DNA of 64,000 bases. Source: an uncultured Gammaproteobacteria bacterium (GTDB taxonomy: Bacteria > Pseudomonadota > Gammaproteobacteria > CAWCPV01). The notes below the pieces were generated by a model. The model ran no database searches, had not been told where the DNA came from, and saw only the letters and a list, made by a program, of their open reading frames with translations. Positions 32,821 through 41,379 of this stretch are shown here, in pieces. The stretch is from NCBI GenBank assembly GCA_963797555.1, contig CAWCPV010000009.1:160001-224000 (forward strand). Direction: 5' to 3'. A program made the translations under genes and the position numbers. Numbering within the stretch: the stretch's first letter is position 1; every line of letters begins with the position of its first letter.

Positions 32821-32900
32821 CGGTGGGGGCGCCGGTTAGCCGGCGCCCCCCGCTGTCCCCGCCGTGCAGTTTTCCGGCGCCGGGTTCCTCGGTTGCACTC
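32821..32900 (-). ncRNA. Degenerate group II intron domain V/VI remnant
   Basis: rc GAACCCGGCGCCGGAAAACTGCACGGCGGGGAC...GGGGGGCGCCGGCTAACCGGCGCCCCCACC resembles a D5 hairpin plus D6 stem. Confidence 0.6.
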
Positions 32901-33171
32901 GTTAGCGCGGCTTCGAGTCGAAAAACGCTAGATTACAAGACCTGACCCTCACGCGTGTGCGAGCCACACCCCCGTCAGAGCCTCATGCTACCCTTCTGAC
33001 GGACTCCCGTCACCTGCATAAATCCGATGGTAGACCCGCACGCGTGTGTGCTATCATTGGGTGCCTCCGATAGGGGAGGTTCCGGGTTGATATAGACTTG
33101 CAAACTACCGTGTTTAAGGTGTATTGGCCGTTAGGCGTCATCTTGTATTTATTCTACGGGGTTACTCCGGC

Positions 33172-33483
33172 ATGACAGACATTCAACACACACACCTTGT
33201 TTATTTGCGACAGTCCGTAGAAGAACCATGCCTTTCTTTTGTTCGCTATCAATGCGCCTCGTCTCCTTCGAACTACGACAAAACAAAAACAGATATATTT
33301 CTGTTATGCACAGATGTCGATGACCAGCACCCATACTACTTAAGCGTGACTGCTCACTATAATGAGAACGCAACAAGAAAACTTAAGATTCCGCATAATC
33401 TTGTTTTGATGATAGTCGAGGACCCGCATACTCCCGGAGAGCCACGCCTTTCATTTGGATTTGTTCCGCCTTCACCGGAATAA
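33172..33483 (+). CDS. Low-GC hypothetical protein
   Basis: AT-rich ORF MTDIQHTHLVYLRQ...RLSFGFVPPSPE; no recognisable motif. Confidence 0.5.
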   Translation: MTDIQHTHLVYLRQSVEEPCLSFVRYQCASSPSNYDKTKTDIFLLCTDVDDQHPYYLSVTAHYNENATRKLKIPHNLVLMIVEDPHTPGEPRLSFGFVPPSPE

Positions 33484-33559
33484 TCATCTTCGCTGCTTCC
33501 GGGCGGTAAAGTCCACACGGAACCACGCACCCGAATACCACTACGAGTGCGCAACTATC

Positions 33560-34355
33560 CATACAGAGATGCCACGCGATCTCGGCCATGCGTCGATTCG
33601 TCCCCGGCTCCCCGCAGAACCGGACTTGGAGGGTTACACCATCCGGCTCCCAGTTTGAGCCTTCCACCAAGGGATGGGATAGAGGTCATGGAGGATGCGA
33701 GCCACCGGCAACAAAGGACGAATGACCGCGCCGAAACGTTTCCAGGTCAATGAGCGTCGTTGGCTGCGTCGGTTCAGCCATTTGAACAGCAGGCCCGTGG
33801 CGAAGTACACGTACCCCGCCACGCCCCGACTATTGCCGCTGACGCCGTAATACTGGAGGTGGCCCCGGAGATGGCGGCCGACATAAGCCACCATGGCCGC
33901 TCCGCCCTGTGCCCGCAGGCCGCGCAGTCGCTCGCTCAGTTGCTTGAGCTTCGTGCGCACCCGCTTGGCGTCGGTCCGGCGTCCGACCACGAATCGTCCG
34001 CTGCGGCTGCACCCCACATAGTGGGTGAAGCCGAGAAAGCTGAAGGTCCGCGGTCCCTGGCTATCCCGGGCTTTGCATCCCAAGGCCTGACGGCCAAACT
34101 GCAGGAGCGCCGTCTTGCTCGGTTCGACCTCCAGGTCGAACTGCGCCAACCGTTGCGTCATCTCCATTAGGAAACTCCGCGCGTCGGCTTCCTGCTCGAA
34201 ACAGGCGACGTAATCATCGGCGTAACGAATCAGGTAGGCTTTGCCCTAACAACCCCTGGCGAAGCGTTTCTCGAACCAGAGGTCGAGCACGTAGTGCAGG
34301 TAAATGGTAAATGTTACTGAGTACGGGCGACACCAGTCCCCCTTGCGGGGTCCAC
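33560..34355 (-). pseudogene. 5'-truncated group II intron: RT/maturase pseudogene plus D5/D6
   Basis: TPQGGLVSPVLSNIY, LIRYADD, FSFLGFTH, LRGHLQYYG, WLNRRSQRR; 7-nt duplication GTAAATG and a TAG stop; D5-like GAGCCGGATGGTGTAACCCTCCAAGTCCGGTTC. Confidence 0.88.
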
Positions 34356-34401
34356 CTCAGTCTATTGTCCTTTCCAATCCCATGAAACTTCTCCTCCGCG
34401 T

Positions 34402-34655
34402 TCACTTCACCTTTTTGATGACCGGCGGCTTCCAGGTGCCGTCGAGGATGGCCTGGTCGGGCCAATAGGCGCGGAGCCAGATCGAGAAGTTCCCCACCGG
34501 CGCGGGCAGCCAGTTGGATTCCTTGTCCTTGCCCGGCGACGTGTTGCCGAGATAGATCGTCAGGCCGCCGTCGGGGTTGTACTTCAGTGTCTTGTTCTTC
34601 GTGCCGAGCGCGAAGCGCTTCAGCGCGTTCGGGTAGAAGAAGTGCGCCGGGTTGG
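34402..34655 (-). pseudogene. C-terminal fragment of a DUF1214-type protein
   Basis: [14 protein letters not shown]...[20 protein letters not shown]...DGTWKPP. Confidence 0.7.
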
Positions 34656-34664
34656 AGCGATAGT

Positions 34665-34840
34665 GGTCAGGTCTTGCAATCCAGCAGCATACAAGTAGTG
34701 GGGCCTAGTCTTGCACAGGCGTCGAGTCGCAAAACGCTAGATTACAAGACCTGACCCTCACGCGCCCTCACGCGCTAGATTACAAGACCTGACCCCACGC
34801 GTGTGTGACCCCACGCGTGTGGACCCCCACGCGTGTGCGA
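34665..34840. repeat. Palindromic GGTCAGGTCTTG...CAAGACCTGACC unit followed by tandem GACCCCACGCGTGTG repeats
   Basis: Inverted pair 34665-34682 / 34738-34756; second GCTAGATTACAAGACCTGACCC at ~34774; ~43-bp segment repeated at 32913-32955. Confidence 0.75.
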
Positions 34841-34956
34841 TTCCGCGAACCAGCAGATCCAACGTAACGGTCAAGGCATAAGCACGGCCCGGCACGAGGT
34901 GACGGCGGTAGAGGACGATTCACAACCCGCGCGCCAACGACGACAGGATACACACG

Positions 34957-34989
34957 GTAGCCCGGATGGAACGAAGTGGAATCCGGGGA
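34957..34989 (+). repeat. GTAG-type REP-like palindrome
   Basis: GTAGCCCGGATG...AATCCGGG; second copy at 60785-60815. Confidence 0.6.
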
Positions 34990-35331
34990 GCGGAAACCGG
35001 CGCCATTCCCAAGATGCTGTCGTCTCCCTCCCCGTCTGTTCCGCTGCAACCCTGTCCCTCAATTCTGCTGGGCTCCATCGAGGCTGCGAGTTACGGACTG
35101 CGCTCGCTTCCGCGTCATCAAGCTCGCGGATGAGGCGGTCAACGTGTTGGCCGCGAGGAGTCAAGCCTGTCCTGCGCTTGTCAAAGGGACCGGGCGCGCA
35201 TGGTGCCTCAAGGAGGCACAGGATGTTACAAGAATGGACCAGACCCTAACCCGACGAGGCATTGAAACTCGTCGGCCGGCTATGGCGGGGCGGGATTCGA
35301 CAAGAGTCCTGCCCTTGCTATAGTAGGGGCT

Positions 35332-35597
35332 ATGGCAAAGGTTCCCGGCAAACTGCAGGTGACTATCCCAAGGCGGTCGCCGAGCGGTTGGGCATTCGCC
35401 CCGGGGACAAGATGGATTGGGTGCCCGCCGGCGACGCCATCCGCGTCGTTCCCTAAGGCGCTGCGCCGGCTGCCCGCGCCGTGCAAGAACGGCTTCAGAG
35501 ATTCGACCAGGCCACCGAGCGCCAGCGTGAGCGCGAAAGGCAGGAACCCGCGGCACTCGCCGAAGCTCGCGTCTGGACCCGAGACCAGCTCTATTGA
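35332..35597 (+). pseudogene. AbrB/MazE-type antitoxin pseudogene (no partner toxin)
   Basis: MAKVPGKLQVTIP / AVAERLGIRPGDKMDW...WTRDQLY with a frameshift and an internal stop. Confidence 0.7.
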
Positions 35598-35723
35598 GGC
35601 TTGCCGGGCGGGGCGAGCTGCAAAAGGGCACCACAGAATTCGGTGCGCATGTGTTATAAGGTTAGACCTGACCCTGAAGCCCTTGCGGACATAGCCTAGC
35701 TGCTGACTACCTTTTGGAGTGAC

Positions 35724-36548
35724 ATGAACCTTCTCGATGAACTCGTTCGCCGCTGCAGCGATGTAATATCCCTAGCGGAAGGCGGTCAGAAGAAGGTACT
35801 TGCGGCGGTCCACCCAGAGTTCGGGCCTGTGGTCATCAAGTATGGCGAGTATCGCTACTCGTCAAGTCTAGAGCGCATCTCGCGGGAAGTCGCCCTTCTG
35901 CGAGAGATTGAGTCCCGGTACTATCCCAAGCAGTACGAGTTCCTGATCGAGCCCGTCGATCGAGTGTTTCTCGTGGTTGAAGAGCGCCTCGACGCAGTTG
36001 AACTGACGCGGGTGAAGAACCGCTTTTCCTCCGATGCCGAGATTTCGGGCCTATTGGCTCACTTGGTCTGTGCTTTGAATGTGATCTGGCAGCGCAACGT
36101 TGTTCATCGGGACATCAAGCCCGCAAACATCTTGATTACGTGCGACAACGAGCCAAGAATCATTGATCTAGGAATTGCGCGTTTCCTCGATGACACGTCT
36201 CTAACTGCAAGTATCGCCGGCCGCGGTCCTGCAACTCCGATCTATGCGGCCCCTGAACAGTTGGTCAACAGGAAGGCGATGATCAATGTGCGCACAGATT
36301 TTTTCTTGCTTGGTATTCTCGTGTTGGAGTTAATGCACGGCTTTCATCCGTTCGACCCGCAGCATGTTGGCAATCAGAATAGTCTCTTAGAAAACATCAT
36401 GCTCGGCAGTTACGTCCCAGTTGATCAAGATCGGGACGGGCGGTTAGTTGGCTTCGTAGAGCGGGTGTTGCAGACACAGCCGTTTAAGAGATTGAGGACT
36501 GTGGACGCACTGATGACTCAGCTCCGAATGGATCGTCAATCATGCTGA
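35724..36548 (+). CDS. Hanks-type Ser/Thr protein kinase (stand-alone, no TM segment)
   Basis: EGGQKKV, VVIK, HRDIKPANIL, IIDLGIAR, YAAPEQ, TDFFLLG. Confidence 0.93.
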   Translation: MNLLDELVRRCSDVISLAEGGQKKVLAAVHPEFGPVVIKYGEYRYSSSLERISREVALLREIESRYYPKQYEFLIEPVDRVFLVVEERLDAVELTRVKNRFSSDAEISGLLAHLVCALNVIWQRNVVHRDIKPANILITCDNEPRIIDLGIARFLDDTSLTASIAGRGPATPIYAAPEQLVNRKAMINVRTDFFLLGILVLELMHGFHPFDPQHVGNQNSLLENIMLGSYVPVDQDRDGRLVGFVERVLQTQPFKRLRTVDALMTQLRMDRQSC

Positions 36549-39234
36549 TCTACCACCAATGTGGACATAACTTCATCTGGGATATTCAGTCGCTCCAGGC
36601 TGACTACACTGGCGATGGATTGATTATATCTCCAGTCAACGTGGAGGCGGATCGTGTACGGGATCGGGTACCGAAGGACATTCTAGCCAAGAGCTGGATG
36701 GATCCCCAATTCTATTTGTTGCACGATAGCAAGGGCAAGCTCGCCACGTATCCGTTCTTCCCCGGCAACGTTCTGGACGACTTTACGACTGCCGAGTTCG
36801 TGAGCCACGCTCCACAAGTGGCCGAAGAATGCCTGGCCTTTCAGCATGAGCTGGGACTTAGGTATTCGGTCATTCCAACCAGGTACTTCGAGGATCTGCC
36901 CGGCGATTATTTAGAACAGCTAAGTTCACTGTTCGTCGAGCCCTTTATTGAAGCCAAGCATGCACTGGGGCTGACTGAGCCCCTGCTGCTTACGGTGATC
37001 GCCAAACCGCTGCATATCTCGCCCGGGCCTATGCGGGACGAACTGCTTTCGTGGGCAACCAGCTACGAAGATGTGGCCGGGATCTACCTGCTTCTTGACA
37101 ACAACTTTTACTCCAAGCAAATAAAGGATCCCGGGTACCTTGCTGGGGCGCTGAGGTTCGTACGCGCCCTCCGGCAGAATGACTTAGAGGTGCATCTTGG
37201 GTATTGTGGGTTGGAGGGTCTACTTTTGGGCTCTTTCGGTAATTGTGTGGATCGTGGTGGTCGAGTAGCATCCGTTCTGAGCAATCGTCTATCACAACAT
37301 CTTGTGGTTGGGCCTGTGGGGTTGTGGGCGAGAGGCCCGCGAGTGTGGGCAACCGGGAGGTTGTCCACACGGTCCTTGGGACGCGGGCCGCTCCGCAGGA
37401 CTCGTCCACAAATCCACAGGCCATCAAGGGGGGAGCGCCATGGAGCCAACGCATCTATTCACGACGGCACTGGGCCTCACGGCGCCTTGGGAAGTCACCG
37501 GCGTACGCTTTGACCCCGAGGCTGGGCGCATCGACCTCGAGGTGGCCTTTGCCAAGGGGAGCCGCTTCGCCTGCCCGGCGTGCGGAGTGCCAGGCCAGCC
37601 GGTGCATGATACCCGCAAGCGCAGCTGGCAGCACCTGAGCTTCTTTAAGTCACGGGCAGACCTGCACGCGCATCTGCCGCGAGTGCGCTGTGAGAGCTGC
37701 GGCAAGACGACTCAGGTCGAGCCGCCGTGGGCGCGCGCACACAGTGGCTTCACCGCGCTGATGGAGGCACTGGTGGTGACGCTGTGCCAGGCGATGCCGG
37801 TGGCGACCGTCGCCCGGCACCTGGGCGTGGGCGATGAGCGCCTGTGGGGGGTGCTCGAGCACTACGTGGAGGCGGCCCGCGCCCAGGAGGACCACTCCCC
37901 GGTGCGCGCCGTGGGCCTGGACGAGACCGCCGCCCGGCGTGGGCAGCACTACATCAGCCTGTTCCATGACCTCACGGGAAAACGCCTGCTGTTCGCCTGC
38001 GAGGGCCGCGACCAGAGCACCGTGGCGGCCTTTGCCGCCGACCTCCAGGCGCACGGGGGCGACCCGCAGGCCATCGAGCAGGTGTGCATCGACCTGTCCG
38101 CCGCTTATCTCGCCGGGGTGACCAAGCATCTGCCTAAAGCCACGGTGAGCTTCGATGCCTTCCATGTCATCCAGCTCGCCAACCAGGCCGTCGATACAGT
38201 GCGCCGCGAGGAGGTCAAGACCGAGCCCGCCCTCAGGGGCACCCGCTGGACCTGGCTCAAAGACGCCCACGACTGGACCTGGGAGCAGCTCACCGACTTT
38301 CACTGGCTCTCCCGCGCCCGCCTCAAGACCGCCCGTGCCTGGCGCCTCAAGGAGGCGCTGCGCGATATCTACGCCACGGCCAGCACCCTCGAGCAGGCCG
38401 AGAGCGCCCTCGGGCGCTGGTATAGCTGGGCACGGCGTAGCCGCCTGCAGCCCATGAAACGCCTCGCCACTACCCTGAAAGAGCACTGGGACGGCGTGCT
38501 CGCCGCATTCCACTCCGGCCTCACCAACGGCCGCGCCGAGGGCATCAACTCCCTCATCCAGGCTGCCAAAGCCCGCGCCCGAGGCCACCGCACCACGCGC
38601 TCGCTCATCACCATCGCCTACCTCATCGCGGGCAACCTGGCCCACTTGCCGGCCTTGCCGTTCAACACACGATCTTGTGTCAGACCTCAGGCAGAGGCTG
38701 CCGCAGCGTAAGCATATCTACCCACACGATTCCGGTAAGAACCTACTTTTGTCATTGGCGGACCCTACCTCCGTTACCGTTGGTTCTTACGAAAATCTGC
38801 GGTCATTTGGAACGCTACGTCTCGAAAGCCGTGAGCCGAGGATCCGTCGTGGACCGCGACCCAGAATCTACTCGGGTCGCCTCATACAATGGGTCGAAGA
38901 CACCTTCCTGCCTCCCCTGCGGCAGCTCATGCCGGACTGGCGGGACTACTTTGACGATTCACCATACAAAGACTACCTCCTCGATCCCCACAGCTTCCTT
39001 AGTTTTCAGCGGTCAGAGATCTACAAGCACTATTTCTTTATTTTTTCTCGGCAAATAGAGGCGCTTCCCGCTGTTCCTCAGCGTGCCGGCTACTTAAGTG
39101 GCCGGGTGACGGAGGCTCTGGAGCTGTTCGAACAGATTAGGGCAGCACGTGTGTTCCTGGACTCAGACTCCGACTACTCGCATCTACCCGGATGGTTGAA
39201 CGCCATTGCGATGTTCCAGGAGCAGCCGGAATGA
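36542..39234 (+). pseudogene. ~389-aa hypothetical protein interrupted by ISL3 (36542-37228 joined to 38752-39234)
   Basis: Removing the IS and one TSD restores the frame: ...GYCGLEGLLL|SLADPTSVTVGSYENLRSFG...; overlaps both neighbouring genes. Confidence 0.88.
37229..38743 (+). mobile_element. Intact ISL3-family element (copy 2); transposase 37440-38711
   Basis: 8-bp TSD TACTTTTG (37221-37228, 38744-38751); CPAC...CESC zinc finger, GLDE, IDLS, FDAFHV, TNGRAEGINSLIQ. Confidence 0.96.
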
Positions 39235-39848
39235 CACAAACGGCGAGCGGCTTCCAGTCAGAGGCTGCACTGGTTCAGAAAGGTCGGCGGCTCATACGTG
39301 GCGCCCTCCGAAACGTAGATGGACAAGTCCGGACGCGCTACGAGTTACCGGCCCCGGGTGCGGTCCCAGATTTGGTGATCTTTAGCAAGAGTTCCAACGA
39401 GGTGCAGTATGTGATCACCGTTGAATTCAAGCTTAGTGACTGGCGCCGAGCTATAACTCAGGCATTCCGCCATCGCAACTTCGGAAACGAGGCTTATGTA
39501 GTACTCGATCAGGCTCGATCGGCTGCCGCCGTTCGCCACGTTGATCTCTTCGAAAGAGCAAACGTTGGTCTAGTAACGGTTGATGCGGAGAATGTGGTAA
39601 GGGTATGGCATTACCCACAGCCTGGATTGCCCTTCTCGTCACAGTTTTCCCGCGCGGTGGCACGGGCACTTCTCGGCTCGCATCGAACGGTTCCAGCCGA
39701 CCCTCCTTTCGTTCGAAGCATTCGTGGTGGGATAGCCCTTGCGGGGCTGAGGAGGACTTGGGGCTCACCGCAACACGCCCCGTCGGCGGCATCATCCCCG
39801 GTCGGGCATGGCACAGCAAAAGGGCTTACGACGCCTACTCATTCGTAA
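39231..39848 (+). CDS. PD-(D/E)XK nuclease-like protein
   Basis: SEAAL...VPDLV...TVEFKLSDWRRAITQAFRHRNFGNEAYVV...VGLVTV; ATGA overlap with upstream stop. Confidence 0.7.
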   Translation: MTQTASGFQSEAALVQKGRRLIRGALRNVDGQVRTRYELPAPGAVPDLVIFSKSSNEVQYVITVEFKLSDWRRAITQAFRHRNFGNEAYVVLDQARSAAAVRHVDLFERANVGLVTVDAENVVRVWHYPQPGLPFSSQFSRAVARALLGSHRTVPADPPFVRSIRGGIALAGLRRTWGSPQHAPSAASSPVGHGTAKGLTTPTHS

Positions 39849-39875
39849 CTGCGGCAGCGAAATAATTCGACCCTG

Positions 39876-39984
39876 GCCCAACGGATTGCGCTTAACCTTC
39901 CGGGTGCGGCGGCCGCAAGCAAGACGGACTACCATCTTGGCAGGAGGGGCCGCCGCACCCGGCAGCTTCAAGTGCGTATTATGC
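39876..39984 (+). other. attC-like site
   Basis: GCCCAAC ... perfect 15-bp IR CCGGGTGCGGCGGCC/GGCCGCCGCACCCGG ... ATTATGC (one mismatch to GTTRRRY). Confidence 0.55.
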
Positions 39985-40286
39985 GGCGACTCCCCGGCCG
40001 TGACTGTGCGTTTCGGATCGCTGCATTGATCGTGTCGAGGAAGTCGTCGTCTAGTTGGCGGATGCCGCGTATCGGCCACGGGAATGCCGTGCTGCCTTAG
40101 ATACGTTGCCAACTTGTACCTAAAAGGTCAGATTCCAGACTAGCCGCGCCTGGCGGTCCGGTCAAGGGGTCGCCGCACAACAGATCGTCCAGTAACTGGA
40201 GCCGCGTGGTTACAGGACACCGGCCGCACCACCCACGAGCCAGGCGAGCGTCCCTGTTCGGGCGCCGAAGATTCGATCGAAGCCGC

Positions 40287-41204
40287 TTACCCCTCCTGCG
40301 GAGCGTCGTAGCGCTCGTCGAACTGCTGGGCCTCGCTCTTTTCCGCCTGTCTGCGTTCGGCGAGCCGCTCCCGCGCGCGCTCCAGCCGCTTCTCCCGCGC
40401 CCCCTCGCGCAGCGGGATGGTGTGCTCTCCGAACAGCACTTGCTTGAGAAAACGGAAGGCGAAGCACAGCAATGCTTCTTCGTCCGCCAGGAGCTGCCGC
40501 TGCGTCTCCGCTTCCAGGTCGAAGACTTCCTGGAAGCCGGGGCTCTGGACGAACTCGCGGAAGCTGTCCGGGTCGTAGCTGCACATGTCGAAAAGCTGCA
40601 TGCTGCGCTCCGTCGGCTTGCCGACGGTCGGGCCGCTGGAGCGCTTTTTGATGACGATGTCGCGCCACTCGGCGTTCATCTCGTCGTACTTGTCGACGCC
40701 CTGCTCCTGGCGGTACGCCCTCACGGTCAGGCGGCGGGGCTCGAAATGGCCCAGGCAGTGGGCTTCTCTGACGAGGAAGTAGATGTCCTCGACCTGCGCG
40801 CTTTCCTTCTTGCGCACTCCCATGCTCCCCAGGGCGTAGTAACGGCAGGCGGCAGGCCGGTCCTCGTAGACGCCGCAACCTTCCTCCGTGAGGAACACAC
40901 ATTCCTGGGTGCCCGGCTTGGTGAGGAGCTTGAGACCAGGCATGCCGAGGTGGTCCATCTCGAACGGCACGCTGTACCGGGCGACGAACTCCCTGGACAG
41001 CATTCCCAAGCGCTGCTTGAGCCGCAGGATGTCGTAGGGCGTCAACTGGATGTCGATGCTCTTGCAGCACGCGTTGAAGCAGGCGATTCCCTTGTGGCAA
41101 TCGAACTGGATGGTGTCGTCCAGTCCCAACTGCACGGGCTCGATGGGGCTGCGGCTGGGAAGATCGAAGGGCTTTGCCGATAGCTCGTCCAGTGCTTCTG
41201 ACAT
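40287..41204 (-). CDS. YkgJ-family cysteine-cluster protein
   Basis: FDCHKGIACFNACC, CVFLTEEGCGVYEDRPAACRYY, EAHCLG. Confidence 0.88.
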   Translation of the reverse strand: MSEALDELSAKPFDLPSRSPIEPVQLGLDDTIQFDCHKGIACFNACCKSIDIQLTPYDILRLKQRLGMLSREFVARYSVPFEMDHLGMPGLKLLTKPGTQECVFLTEEGCGVYEDRPAACRYYALGSMGVRKKESAQVEDIYFLVREAHCLGHFEPRRLTVRAYRQEQGVDKYDEMNAEWRDIVIKKRSSGPTVGKPTERSMQLFDMCSYDPDSFREFVQSPGFQEVFDLEAETQRQLLADEEALLCFAFRFLKQVLFGEHTIPLREGAREKRLERARERLAERRQAEKSEAQQFDERYDAPQEG

Positions 41205-41379
41205 ACGTGCTTACTCCCGGCGGACGCGCCTGGTAGGGGGGATGAGTAAAGCATACAACGAGTACTGGTGGGAGCCCAGCGTGACGGCGGAACGGCTCGC
41301 GGAGCACTGCCTGCAGAGAACAGAAGGGCCGGGCGCCCTCTGGGGCGCCCGGCCTGCGGTACCCGCCCGTGCGGGCGTC

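Noticed and set aside
33634-34355. RT as a retron, DGR or defence RT
   Set aside because: Has maturase-type motifs and an adjoining D5/D6 typical of group II introns; truncated and broken
34722-34840. Possible mini-CRISPR array
   Set aside because: Repeats are adjacent or nested without unique 30-40 bp spacers, and no cas genes are present
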